DNA of 64,000 nt, from contig CAWBOS010000015.1 in assembly GCA_963790475.1 (NCBI GenBank), forward strand, positions 288,001 to 352,000, read 5' to 3'. Below, piece after piece: positions 34,423 to 44,399 of the stretch. A model generated the notes under the pieces. The model was not told the DNA's origin, ran no database searches, and saw only the letters and a list, made by a program, of their open reading frames with translations. Position 1 is the first letter of the stretch; each line of letters begins with the position of its first letter. This DNA is from an uncultured delta proteobacterium. Lineage in GTDB: Bacteria; Desulfobacterota; RBG-13-43-22. Both the position numbers and the translations under genes were made by a program.

Positions 34423-35322
34423 GTTTTTATAGCCGAGTCTACTTTCGGAGATGAACGAGTCACCGACACGTTCTTCGATAAAACCGGCTTCTCTGATCTC
34501 GCCCGTGAACAGGGTATTGAGTTAATTAATCTGAACCGCTCAAGAGTCGTCGAGGTAAAAGTAGAACACCCTCTTGTGTTGGAGACGTTACATATTGCCG
34601 AAGAGGCCTATGAGGCCGATAGGATCATCAATCTGCCCAATATGAAAGTTCACTATGCAACCGGAATTACTCTATCCCTGAAAAATATGAAAGGCATTGT
34701 GGCGGGCAATGAGAAGAAGCGTTTTCACGAAGTGGGATTGGACAAAGCCATAGTAGACTTGAACAATACCATCAAGCCTTGTCTCAACATAGTGGACGGA
34801 ATCGTGTGCATGGAAGGAATGGGACCGCGGGGTGGAGATATGGTGAACTTGGGTCTGATTCTCGCTGGTGGCGTGGCAGCGGAGGTGGATTATGCTGGTA
34901 GTCTCATCATGGGATATGCCCTCTCTGAAGTAAGACATCTGGAGCTGTATCTTGCAAACAATCAGGTTGATCTAGATCAGGTGGAGGTTGCTGGGGAGCC
35001 GATAGAGAAGGTGCGTTACCCTTTCAAGAAAGTGAATCTGTCGAAGATTCTGCCGCAGACATTTCGAGTCCATAACAAGAAGGCCTGCAGTTCTTGTGAG
35101 AACGCTTTCCTCCTGTCTTGCCAGCTTCTTGAGCGAACGCCTTTCCGGAGAATTGAGATATACATGGGAGAACTGATAGAGGAGCCAGATTCTGCGGAAG
35201 GGATCAAAATAGCCTTTGGGAATTGTTGTCCCGGCAAGATAAACTTTGATAAAACAATTAAGGGATGCCCCCCTTATCCTTTTGCACTGAAGGATTATCT
35301 AAAGAGTATAGGGATTACCTAA
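34420..35322 (+). CDS. DUF362-family Fe-S protein, 5'-truncated (possible pseudogene/cassette)
   Basis: IAES, IINLPNMKVH, ITLSLKNMKG, IVDGIVCMEGMGP, ACSSC, GNC, KGCPP; lacks the N-terminal KPN motif region. Confidence 0.7.
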   Translation: MVFIAESTFGDERVTDTFFDKTGFSDLAREQGIELINLNRSRVVEVKVEHPLVLETLHIAEEAYEADRIINLPNMKVHYATGITLSLKNMKGIVAGNEKKRFHEVGLDKAIVDLNNTIKPCLNIVDGIVCMEGMGPRGGDMVNLGLILAGGVAAEVDYAGSLIMGYALSEVRHLELYLANNQVDLDQVEVAGEPIEKVRYPFKKVNLSKILPQTFRVHNKKACSSCENAFLLSCQLLERTPFRRIEIYMGELIEEPDSAEGIKIAFGNCCPGKINFDKTIKGCPPYPFALKDYLKSIGIT

Positions 35323-35372
35323 TCAATCGTTCCACCGGATCGCTTACGCTTCCGGTGAACTTCGTGTTCAAC
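35317..35372 (+). mobile_element. Integron attC-like recombination site
   Basis: R'' ACCTAAT (contains the stop) -5 nt- L'' GTTCCACC (extra C) - GGA..TCC stem/loop - L' GGTGAAC -5 nt- R' GTTCAAC; 56 nt. Confidence 0.7.
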
Positions 35373-35383
35373 TGGGGTAGGCT

Positions 35384-35545
35384 ATGAACAAACTCTGTAT
35401 TTTTATTGGCATGACAGTTTTTGGTTGGATTGGGTGGTGGATAGGCGACACCATTGGATTCATGACTGCTTTCTTGGTTAGCAGCATCGGCAGCATGGTT
35501 GGGGTCTACGTTGGCTGGCGTATCAACCGTGATTACTTAGGCTGA
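35384..35545 (+). CDS. 53-aa small membrane protein
   Basis: Not in ORF track; GGGG-TAGG RBS-like sequence then MNKLCIFIGMTVFGWIGWWIGDTIGFMTAFLVSSIGSMVGVYVGWRINRDYLG*. Confidence 0.7.
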   Translation: MNKLCIFIGMTVFGWIGWWIGDTIGFMTAFLVSSIGSMVGVYVGWRINRDYLG

Positions 35546-35766
35546 AAGCTCGTTGAATGATCCTTGGGAAAAAGAGGACAGATTTTTTTATTGTTTTTTC
35601 AATCCTCCGTTTCATTCAGAACCTTCTTTAATCGGTATCTCCTGTCATACGGCCCTGTCTTTGCAAATCCTTGCCTTAAGAAAGAGCCATATTGCATTTA
35701 TTAATGGTAAAAAGGACGTCATTCAAGAAATTTTCAACTTTCCCGGCACAGGACGTTAATCCCTGA

Positions 35767-37566
35767 TCAATCGCTAAATAGAGATTTATCCATGAAAGCC
35801 GTCAGCCCATCGCTTTCTTTCAACCGCTGGAGCAATCCTTTGATCTTGGGCAACTCATAATGAAAGAAAAAGCGAAGGGTATAGAACTTCCCCTGATAAA
35901 ATTGTTTTTCCAGTTCGGAGAGGTCGGAACTAAATGCTTTTTGTATAGCCAGTCCCTGGAGGAGCCATTGCCAGGCCACGGTGATTATTCCAAAAAGTTC
36001 CAGATATAAAGTCGAATCGGCCAGGAAAACTTCAATTTTTCCCTCCAGGGCCAATGCGGCCAGGTGGGCGGTGATCTCTTTTAAAGAGGCCAGGGCTTCA
36101 CTCAAGGTTCGGCCATAAGGCACCAGCGCTGGAATAGTTTCGGCCTCGAGGATTGTCTTTTTAACCTCATCCGTAAAGAAGGTAAAGGCTTTTCCATCTT
36201 TCATTATTACTTTTCGTCCCAAAAGATCCAGGCCCTGGATCCCGGTCGTCCCTTCATGAATCGGGTGTATCCGGGCATCCCGGTAGAATAGTTCCAGGAG
36301 GAATTCATCACAATAACCGTACCCTCCCAGGCACTGAAGCCCCTGGCTGATGGACAGGATTCCCATTTCCGAAGGGTAGGTCTTGGCCACCGGAGTCAGC
36401 AAATCCAGCAGTAGTTCATACCGCTCTTTCTCCTCCCCTTCCTTAATTTTCGATTGGTCCACGTACTCCGAGCATTGCATCAGGAGGGACAAGGAGCCTT
36501 CGACCACTGCCCTTTGAAAAAGAAGCATCCGTTTCACATCGGCGTGTTCGATGATCGGGATTTGAGGGGTGGCCGGGTCTTTGGCATTAATTTTTCTTCC
36601 CTGTAAACGTTCACGAGAATACTCCAAAGAGGTATAATAGGCGGCCGAGGCGATTCCGGCTGCTCCCAGGCCGACATTGATCCTTTCTTCATTCATCATC
36701 TGAAACATGTAAGGCAGGCCCTGATGCGGTTGGCCGACGAGGTATCCCCGACAATCGTTATTTTCTCCCATGCTCAATTGGGTAATCGGGGCTCCCCGGT
36801 AGCCGAGTTTATGATAGACACCGGCCACCTGGAGATCGTTGAAAATGAGTTGACCGGCTTCGACCCTTTTTTTTGGAACTACAAAGAGGGAAATGCCCTT
36901 AGCTCCCGGTGGTGCTCCCTTGATCTTAGCCAGCATTAAATGGACGATATTATCCACCCCGTCATGATCTCCGGCGGATATAAAAATCTTTTGACCCCTG
37001 ATCTGATAAAATCCCTCATCAGTGGGCAGGGCTACAGTGAGGATATCCGACAAGGAGCTGCCGGCCTGGGGTTCGGTTAAGGCCATGGTCCCCTGCCAAT
37101 CGCCGGAAAACATCTTGGGGAGGTATTGTTCCTTAAGCTCTTCGGAGCCGAAGGATAAAATCAGATTGGCCGCCCCGGTGGTCAGTTGAGGGTAGACACT
37201 GGCCGAGTAATTGGCGGCTGAGAAAATAAACTGGCCTGCTGAGGCCACCAATTGGGGAAGCTGCTGTCCTCCCCAGTCGAAAGGAAAGAGGGCGGAAATC
37301 CACCCCCCTTCTCCGGACAACTTCATAAAGGTCCTGACCAGGGGATGGACCTTGACTTCTCCCCCAACAAGGGCCGGAGGGGTCTGATCCATCTCCTTCA
37401 AGGCCGGGCGCAGGAGATCCTGCCCCATCTTCAAGGCCGTCTCCAGGGTCAGATCGAAAATCTCCCGGCCGTGTTCCTGGAAATAAGGATATTGACAGAG
37501 GTCTTCTATCTGAAAGACCTCATAGAGTAGAAATTTTAAATTTCGCAGGCTGACGAATTGGTCCAT
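35767..37566 (-). CDS. Acyl-CoA dehydrogenase (about 600-aa class)
   Basis: GTMALTEPQAGS, GQKIFISAGDHD, MFQMMNEER, GGYGY, IHEGTTGIQ; ATG at 37566 with GGAGG RBS. Confidence 0.93.
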   Translation of the reverse strand: MDQFVSLRNLKFLLYEVFQIEDLCQYPYFQEHGREIFDLTLETALKMGQDLLRPALKEMDQTPPALVGGEVKVHPLVRTFMKLSGEGGWISALFPFDWGGQQLPQLVASAGQFIFSAANYSASVYPQLTTGAANLILSFGSEELKEQYLPKMFSGDWQGTMALTEPQAGSSLSDILTVALPTDEGFYQIRGQKIFISAGDHDGVDNIVHLMLAKIKGAPPGAKGISLFVVPKKRVEAGQLIFNDLQVAGVYHKLGYRGAPITQLSMGENNDCRGYLVGQPHQGLPYMFQMMNEERINVGLGAAGIASAAYYTSLEYSRERLQGRKINAKDPATPQIPIIEHADVKRMLLFQRAVVEGSLSLLMQCSEYVDQSKIKEGEEKERYELLLDLLTPVAKTYPSEMGILSISQGLQCLGGYGYCDEFLLELFYRDARIHPIHEGTTGIQGLDLLGRKVIMKDGKAFTFFTDEVKKTILEAETIPALVPYGRTLSEALASLKEITAHLAALALEGKIEVFLADSTLYLELFGIITVAWQWLLQGLAIQKAFSSDLSELEKQFYQGKFYTLRFFFHYELPKIKGLLQRLKESDGLTAFMDKSLFSD

Positions 37567-37940
37567 TGTAATCTCCTCCCCAACATTTATGACCTGGTTC
37601 GAGGGATAGGCAACAACCTCGGATTGTGGAAATTTAATATGGCCGACTATAATTAGGGCACGAATGGGAGTCAAGTGCAAAGGCGGTATTCGAGGTATTC
37701 AAAGATGCACAAACAATCCCTTCCGCTGGATGTCATATCTTAAGATGAATAGCTCAACTGTTTATTCAGGTCGCCAAAAAAGATTTGCCAGGAAATTATT
37801 TATCTTTTATAAAAGGTCGCAGGGAATCAGGTGATTTTGAAATAGAAAAATCATCAGAGTTATCTTTCCCGGCAAGTTTTTTTTTGAATAGCCGTCCCCT
37901 TTTCCATAAGCAGGCGGAGAACTAGAAAGAAGGCAAAATC

Positions 37941-38729
37941 ATGAATCCTTACAAATCAATAGCGATTGAAGTGGCCAGGAAAGCCGGCGCGGTCTTGAAG
38001 AAAAAAATGGGATTCAAAAGAACGATAGGGTTTAAAGGGGCTATCAACCTCGTTACCGAAATGGACATCCTCTCCGAAAAAATCATTGTCGATGAGATCG
38101 AAAGACATTTCCCCAAGCATGCCATCCTGGCCGAGGAGCGACCTGCGGTAGAAAAATCTTCCCGGTTCCTGTGGATTATCGACCCCCTCGACGGTACTAC
38201 CAATTATGCCCATGGGTATCCCATCTTTTCCGTATCCATTGCTTTGGCAAAAGACAGGGAGATCGTTCTTGGAGTGGTTTATGATCCCACCCGCGACGAA
38301 CTCTTCACTGCCGAGAGAGGAAAGGGGGCCGGACTCAACGATCGCAAAATCCAGGTCTCCTCAGAATCCAACCTTTCCCGCAGTCTTCTGACCACGGGTT
38401 TTCCGTACGATCTAAGGGAAACCAATGTCAACAACTTTGACCACTTTCGCAATTTTGCCCTCCGGGCTCAGGGCGTGCGCCGCGGCGGTTCGGCGGCGCT
38501 CGATCTTTGTTATGTTGCAGCGGGGCGCTTGGACGGGTTCTGGGAAATGAAGCTCGGTCCCTGGGATATAGCCGCCGGAAGCCTGATAGTTACTGAAGCC
38601 GGGGGCAAGGTAACCGATTTTTTGGGTAAGCCTCTTAATCTGAGCGGGAAGCACATCCTGGCCAGCAACGGGAAAATCCACTCAGCCATGCGCAGGATTG
38701 TTAAACAGGGGAAATTTTTGAAATCCTAA
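37941..38729 (+). CDS. suhB: Inositol monophosphatase family protein
   Basis: WIIDPLDGTTNY, RRGGSAALDLCYVAAG, WDIAAG. Confidence 0.92.
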   Translation: MNPYKSIAIEVARKAGAVLKKKMGFKRTIGFKGAINLVTEMDILSEKIIVDEIERHFPKHAILAEERPAVEKSSRFLWIIDPLDGTTNYAHGYPIFSVSIALAKDREIVLGVVYDPTRDELFTAERGKGAGLNDRKIQVSSESNLSRSLLTTGFPYDLRETNVNNFDHFRNFALRAQGVRRGGSAALDLCYVAAGRLDGFWEMKLGPWDIAAGSLIVTEAGGKVTDFLGKPLNLSGKHILASNGKIHSAMRRIVKQGKFLKS

Positions 38730-38837
38730 TAAAAAAGCCGGGGACGGTCCATAATATAGTGCCAAGCACATTGGCGCTCCTTGGGCTACAAGGACTACTG
38801 CCTCACCCTGGAGGTCGTGCCCTAAAGGATGAAAGTT

Positions 38838-40901
38838 CTATACCTCCAAGGCCCTTTTCAACTCCTCCACATCCGTTATGGGCGATTGGCAGGCGTATTG
38901 GCTGCAAAGGAAAACCGTTGGCCGGTTATTCACAGGGCGTAGAGGTTCTAAGAAACGGGAAAGCTGAAAGTATTTTTGTGCTTCTCTTTCTTCTTGTGGC
39001 CGCAACAACAAGACTTTATTGGGTAAAAAACTCCTTTGAATTATCGAAACCATTTCCCTGGTAGTGCCCTCAGCCGGGTCGCCTGCCACCACGATCTCCT
39101 GACCGGGTCCGAATCCGAAGTCCAAGGCATTGAGGAACTGGGTATAGCCCATCGGATAAGCGGCCACAGCTCCGGAAAAATGATGGAACAGTTGATCGGC
39201 TTTTTGCTCTAAATCGGTGTTGCCGGTCATTCGGCCCAGTCGTAAAAAATTAAGGGCCGTAACCGAATTTCCGGATGGAGTCGCCCCGTCATAAAGGTCT
39301 TTTTCCCGGAAAATTAGTTTTTCTCCTTCTGCGGCCGTAAAATAACAGCCGCCCTTGTCCTGGTCCCAGAACAAATCGATCAAACGCTCATTCAAGGCAA
39401 CGGCTTCCTCCAGGAAACGGATATCAAAAAGGGTTTCATACAATTCAATCAATCCCCAGATGAAAAAGGCATAATCGTCCAGGAAACCCGGATAGGCCAC
39501 CTGCCCTTCCCGGAATCGGCGATAGAGTCCGCCTTCGGCAGTGCGCATGTTTTCCAGAATAAACCGGGCCGCCTTTCCCGCCGCCTGGGCATAGACCGGA
39601 TCACCCAGGGCCTGAGTCCCTTTGGCCAAACTGGCGATCATCAATCCATTCCAGGAGGTCAAAATTTTATCATCCTTTAGGGGATGAACCCGTTTCTCCC
39701 GGACCGAAAAAAGCATCTCGCGCGCATTACTTAATCGGGTTTCCAGTTCCCCAAGCCCCATCTTTTCTTTTTGGGCAAACTCCTCCGCTGAAACGGAAAT
39801 ATGTGGGATATTTTTCCCCTCTTCAAAATTGCCGGTCGGGGTGATGTTATAGAAACGACAAAAAAGATCGGCCGAATCCCGACCCAAAACGTCCTTGACC
39901 TGCTGATAGGTCCAGAGATAAAAAAGCCCTTCTTCACCCTCGCTGTCGGCATCTTCGGCGGAATAAAAACCCCCCTCCGGTGAAGTCATGTCCCTTAAAA
40001 CATATTTAAAAATCTCCCGGCTCACCTGAGCATGAAAGGGATTTTTCAGGGCCTGATAGGCTTCGGTGTAGGCCATAGCCAGCAGGGCCTGATCGTAAAG
40101 CATCTTTTCAAAATGGGGAACCAGCCACTTTTCATCCACCGAATAGCGGTGGAAACCCCAACCGATGTGGTCAAAAATACCACCGAAACGCATGGCCTGA
40201 AGGGTCTTTTCGATGATCGTATGGTCCTGCGAGGCCGGGTGTCTTCTAAAGTTTCGTAATAGGAAGGTCAGATGATGAGGTGTTGGGAATTTGGGAGCGG
40301 CTCCGAACCCGCCCCATGTGATATCAAAGGCTTTTTGGAGCTGCTCCTGTCCAAGATTTAGGGTCTGATCGTTCAAGGTTATCCCGTCCGGAACAGGTGT
40401 GGTCTTTGGCTGAATCCCCTGAATGGTTTGCTCTGCAGCCGATAAAATGCGCTCCCGATCGCGCCGCCAAAGAGCGGCAATCTGGGTTAACAATTCAGTA
40501 AATCCGGACATCCCCAGACGGCTTGTTTTAGGAAAATAAGATCCGGCAAAGAAGGGTTTTGCCTCCGGGGTCATAAAAATGGATAACGGCCAGCCTCCCC
40601 GGCCGGTCAAGGCCTGGCAGACCGACATATAAACCTGATCAATGTCCGGCCGTTCTTCCCGATCCACTTTGATGGACACAAAGGATTGGTTTAGTTGTCG
40701 GGCCACTGTTTCATCCTCAAAGGATTCATGGGCCATGACATGGCACCAGTGACAGGTGGCATAACCGACGGAAAGAAAAATAGGTTTGTTTTCTTTCTTG
40801 GCTTTTTCAAAAGCTTCCCGGCCCCAGGGATACCAGTCTACAGGATTATGGGCATGTTGGAGGAGATAGGGACTTTTTTCGGCGATTAAATGATTGGGCA
40901 T
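38838..40901 (-). CDS. YyaL/SPATA20-like thioredoxin-domain (DUF255) protein
   Basis: [63 protein letters not shown]. Confidence 0.93.
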   Translation of the reverse strand: MPNHLIAEKSPYLLQHAHNPVDWYPWGREAFEKAKKENKPIFLSVGYATCHWCHVMAHESFEDETVARQLNQSFVSIKVDREERPDIDQVYMSVCQALTGRGGWPLSIFMTPEAKPFFAGSYFPKTSRLGMSGFTELLTQIAALWRRDRERILSAAEQTIQGIQPKTTPVPDGITLNDQTLNLGQEQLQKAFDITWGGFGAAPKFPTPHHLTFLLRNFRRHPASQDHTIIEKTLQAMRFGGIFDHIGWGFHRYSVDEKWLVPHFEKMLYDQALLAMAYTEAYQALKNPFHAQVSREIFKYVLRDMTSPEGGFYSAEDADSEGEEGLFYLWTYQQVKDVLGRDSADLFCRFYNITPTGNFEEGKNIPHISVSAEEFAQKEKMGLGELETRLSNAREMLFSVREKRVHPLKDDKILTSWNGLMIASLAKGTQALGDPVYAQAAGKAARFILENMRTAEGGLYRRFREGQVAYPGFLDDYAFFIWGLIELYETLFDIRFLEEAVALNERLIDLFWDQDKGGCYFTAAEGEKLIFREKDLYDGATPSGNSVTALNFLRLGRMTGNTDLEQKADQLFHHFSGAVAAYPMGYTQFLNALDFGFGPGQEIVVAGDPAEGTTREMVSIIQRSFLPNKVLLLRPQEEREAQKYFQLSRFLEPLRPVNNRPTVFLCSQYACQSPITDVEELKRALEV

Positions 40902-41131
40902 TTTTCCACCTTTTTTGGGGTTATTAACCTAAAGCCTGGGGCCTCCTAAAACCCCAAGGGTCTTTTGGGATTATTTAATTTAAGTTAAAACAGCTTACAG
41001 GTAACTACAAGGGGGTTTTACCTTTCTTTTAAAAGAATCGGGGGCCCATTGATCTCCCAAACTTTACTGCTAACCTGTTTTTCCTTGCTCCCTTCATCCG
41101 CGCCAACTATTTTTTTTTACCCACTTTCAAG

Positions 41132-41350
41132 GTCAGGGGCGAGAGGGCTTTTTTCAGGGTTGCCAACTTCCGGACTCCTTGCAATTTTCCGAAGATAAAT
41201 TTTGAAAAATTATTAAATAGCAGGCCGATAGAAAAACTCCCAACCGGCAGGGATAATAATCTTTTTTCAGATCGACATAAACATTAGGGCCGGTATTTGG
41301 CGGCAGGTGACCTTTTGGACAATTCTAAAAAAAGCGCTCTCGCCCCTGAC
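41132..41350. mobile_element. 219-bp segment bounded by inverted repeats (MITE or invertible segment)
   Basis: GTCAGGGGCGAGAGGGCTTTTTTCAGGGTTG vs reverse complement GTCAGGGGCGAGAGCGCTTTTTTTAGAATTG (22/23, 27/31). Confidence 0.6.
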
Positions 41351-41408
41351 AAAACAGATCTGGCAATTGAATTTGTCTAAAGTGAGGGGGGCAAGGTTGC
41401 TTTTCCCC

Positions 41409-41437
41409 TTGACTCGCATTTCCCGCCCGCTTAAAAT
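41409..41437 (+). promoter_or_regulatory. Sigma70 promoter of the nitroreductase gene
   Basis: TTGACT-17-TAAAAT. Confidence 0.6.
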
Positions 41438-41487
41438 TCTCTTCATAGACGATTGACTATTCATCATTGGAAAAGAAGGAGGGAATC

Positions 41488-42150
41488 ATGGAAACAACCG
41501 ATTTGGTAACTTTGATCAAAGGCCGCCGGTCCATTCGTTTGTGGCAGGATAAGCCGGTTCCGGAAGACCAACTCCTGAAGGCCATCGAAGTGGCTACCTA
41601 TGCCCCGAACGCCGGGAACCAGCAAAACTGGCATTTTTACCTCATCTTAAACAAAAAGACGATTTTGTCGATCGCCGATGCCGTACAAGATAGTGCCGAT
41701 TACGTGGCCTCTTTGCCTGAGGCGGCAGGCTTCAATGAAACGGCCCTCAGAATGATAAAAGGGGCCGCTTTCTTTCGTAATGCGCCGGCCGGCATCGCCG
41801 TGGCCTGCAGCCAATACCAATCTCCGGTAGATACCATCTTGTCGGTTAGGGAAAAAAGTGATCCTAACGATACCAGGGTCACCCAGATGCGCCAGTGGCG
41901 TAATACCTCCAATGCCAGGATTCAATCGGCTGCCTCAGCCATTGGCTGTCTGCTCTTAATATTGCATCAAATGGGACTGGGTGCGGTATGGATGACCGGC
42001 CCAATGCAGGCCAAGGGGGCCATAGAAAAGATCCTCAAAGTCCCGGCGGAAATGGATCTGATCGCCTATATCCCGGTCGGTTATCCGGCGGAAACCCCGG
42101 CCCTTCGAGTCAGAAAACCCGTCCAGGAGGTTTGCGAGGTTATCAAGTAG
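41488..42150 (+). CDS. Nitroreductase family protein
   Basis: RRSIRLW, APNAGNQQNWHF, MGLGAVWM, IPVGYP; AGGAGG RBS. Confidence 0.92.
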   Translation: METTDLVTLIKGRRSIRLWQDKPVPEDQLLKAIEVATYAPNAGNQQNWHFYLILNKKTILSIADAVQDSADYVASLPEAAGFNETALRMIKGAAFFRNAPAGIAVACSQYQSPVDTILSVREKSDPNDTRVTQMRQWRNTSNARIQSAASAIGCLLLILHQMGLGAVWMTGPMQAKGAIEKILKVPAEMDLIAYIPVGYPAETPALRVRKPVQEVCEVIK

Positions 42151-42321
42151 CTTTCATCCGGAAATTCAAGATTTGCGATAATCTCTCAGCAGCCGCGGTG
42201 AGCCGATAGCTAAGGCAGAATCATCAAAGGATTCTACTGAAAACAAAAAGCCGATAGCTGGAGAGACCTGACAAAAAGTCCGTAATCGTCCGCCTGTTTC
42301 CGCGGCCAAAATTTATTCCGC

Positions 42322-44193
42322 TTAACCGGCCGCCTTCTCCGGCTCCGGAGAATCGGTGAAGGGGATGACCAGGTGATAAACACCGGAGTTCAGGTTGGAG
42401 GTGAAGGGGTATGGGCCTTTTTTAAATACCCGGAGCATTCCGGTATTGGTGGGCAGCACATCAGCGGTAAATCCCTCTATCCCGTTTTTCCTGGCCACAT
42501 CAATAAGCATTTGGTACAAATAAGAAGCGATCCCTTTGCCCTGGTATTCTTCATCTACGATAAAGGCCACATCGGCGAATTTCCCCTGTTCGCGTACATA
42601 TCTGGCCTCAGCCACAATCCGGGTTTCGCCCTTAGTCCCTACCATCCCCACAATGGACATGGTATTCCGGTAATCGATATTAACATAGGATTGCATTTTG
42701 TTATGAGGCATGGTCTGGACGGGACTGAAATAGCGGTAGTAAACATCCTCATCGGAGAAACGATAGAACAGCTTGCGCATCTGGTCTTCATCCGAAGGCT
42801 TTATGGCCCGAAAACGGAGACTTAACTTATCCTTAAAAGAATGGGAATGTTCCAGGTCTCCCGGATAGAAATGACCCGCCTCAGGAAGGGATATCTGGTC
42901 GGGATAGATCATGTTGGCCTCTTTGGCCTGCCGGACCAGTTCAGACCTATCATCGGGATGGGCAATGTCGATCAGGGCCAAGGCCCGCTCGCGCACACTA
43001 ATGCCTTTGAGATAAGCAATCCCGTATTCGGTGACCACCATGTCCAGCACCTCTCGGACACTGAACTGATTCGGGTATTCCTCGATGGAGATCTTAATAT
43101 TTGATTGCTGCTTCAGATTTCGGCTGGGCAGGGCACAGATGGTCCGGCCGCCTTTAGAAAGTTCAACACCGGTCAGGAAACCCTGGGCCTCTCCCATGCT
43201 GTAGGCTACGTTGCTCAGCCCTATATGCATGGCCACTCCACCGGTCAGATCCACCTTCCGGGCCGGGATAATCAGGGTGAACCGGTCATGGGACCCTATG
43301 ATCCTGGGATCTCCCACCACGTCAATCCCCTGAAACTCGATCATCGGATTTCGATCCAGCCAGTGCATAAGTTCTGCCGTTCCCAGGGCGTAAGAGACCA
43401 CGCTTTTCCCCCGGTAAATGGTCTTGAATTTATTGGTGACTGCGCCGCAACGAATAAGGTCCATGAGAGGATCGGTGATAAAAAGGGAATGCACACTTAG
43501 ATTTTTTTTCTTTCTCAAGTGGGGGGCCAAGGCCTCGAACAAGCTTCCGGTGGCAAAGGACAGGCAGCATCCGTTTTCCACCAGAAGCGCCACATTCGCC
43601 GCTACTTTGTCCATAACCGGATCTGTGGGCCAGCGGTCGAAGGTGATGGGAGGCAGTTCGGCGGCAACCAGATAATCAAACTCCCGGGCATTGATCAGGG
43701 TATCCCCAAGGGTCCGAGGCACCTGGGAATTAATCTCCCCGACCACCACAGAAGCCTGTTCCATAGCCTGTCTGGCGACGTCCACGGTCACACCCAGGGT
43801 GGCCCAGCCATTTTCATCGGGCTCGGTGATTTGAATAAAAGCCACATTGATCCTGATGGCGCCGGATTCTATCAGACCGGGAATCCGGGTGAACCGGCAG
43901 GGGATCAGGTCCACATGCCCCATCCGGACGGCCTCACTGGCCACCCAGCCCGAGTAAAAGGTTTTAAGGCGATATTTTCTGACATACCGCTCTTCCAGGG
44001 GGATTGTGTCTCCCAGACTGATGAGTTGAAGGACCTCCAGATCTCTCAGATTGGGTAAATCGGAGGAAAGGAGATATTTTATTAGAGTCCTGGGTTCGGC
44101 CGCTCCGGTCCCCACAAAGATGCTCATGCCCGGTTCTATTTTTTCCAAAACCTTTTCCGGGGTGCCTATTTTGTCCCGCCAAGAATCCGTCAT
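42322..44193 (-). CDS. Acetyl-CoA hydrolase/CoA-transferase-like domain fused to a C-terminal GNAT acetyltransferase
   Basis: N-term GTGAAEP, GEINSQVPRTLGD, VVTEYGIAYLKG, RERALALIDIAHPDDR; C-term RAIKPSD, YYRYF, VAFIVDEEYQGKGIA, FTADVLPTN. Confidence 0.88.
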   Translation of the reverse strand: MTDSWRDKIGTPEKVLEKIEPGMSIFVGTGAAEPRTLIKYLLSSDLPNLRDLEVLQLISLGDTIPLEERYVRKYRLKTFYSGWVASEAVRMGHVDLIPCRFTRIPGLIESGAIRINVAFIQITEPDENGWATLGVTVDVARQAMEQASVVVGEINSQVPRTLGDTLINAREFDYLVAAELPPITFDRWPTDPVMDKVAANVALLVENGCCLSFATGSLFEALAPHLRKKKNLSVHSLFITDPLMDLIRCGAVTNKFKTIYRGKSVVSYALGTAELMHWLDRNPMIEFQGIDVVGDPRIIGSHDRFTLIIPARKVDLTGGVAMHIGLSNVAYSMGEAQGFLTGVELSKGGRTICALPSRNLKQQSNIKISIEEYPNQFSVREVLDMVVTEYGIAYLKGISVRERALALIDIAHPDDRSELVRQAKEANMIYPDQISLPEAGHFYPGDLEHSHSFKDKLSLRFRAIKPSDEDQMRKLFYRFSDEDVYYRYFSPVQTMPHNKMQSYVNIDYRNTMSIVGMVGTKGETRIVAEARYVREQGKFADVAFIVDEEYQGKGIASYLYQMLIDVARKNGIEGFTADVLPTNTGMLRVFKKGPYPFTSNLNSGVYHLVIPFTDSPEPEKAAG

Positions 44194-44245
44194 GCCAATG
44201 ACCCCGCCATGTCCTTAATGGTTCTTCCTTCAATTCGAAAGACTT

Positions 44246-44337
44246 CAGTTTGGAATTCGGAGTTCGGAGTTCGGAGTCGGGAGTCGGGAGTTAGAAGGTT
44301 TTTCTCCGAACTCGTAACTCCGAACTTTTATCTCTTA
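44246..44337. repeat. Heptamer-built palindrome (GAGTTCG family), longest array in the window
   Basis: cagtttg gaattcg gagttcg gagttcg gagtcgg gagtcgg gagttag / ttctccg aactcgt aactccg aactttt. Confidence 0.85.
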
Positions 44338-44399
44338 TCCTTAAATAGCCCAACAAACCCTTCTGCACCCGTGACCTTTTCTGGATTTGAGGGAAAAGG

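Noticed and set aside
38735-38835. Structured sequence between convergent suhB and YyaL genes as an ncRNA or riboswitch
   Set aside because: It lies at 3' ends, I recognise no riboswitch consensus, and it looks like degenerate GTAG-type REP or terminator hairpins. An Rfam scan would be needed to revive it.
44246-44337. Possible CRISPR array from the repeated units
   Set aside because: Units are 7-nt tandem repeats without unique spacers, and no cas genes are present in the window.
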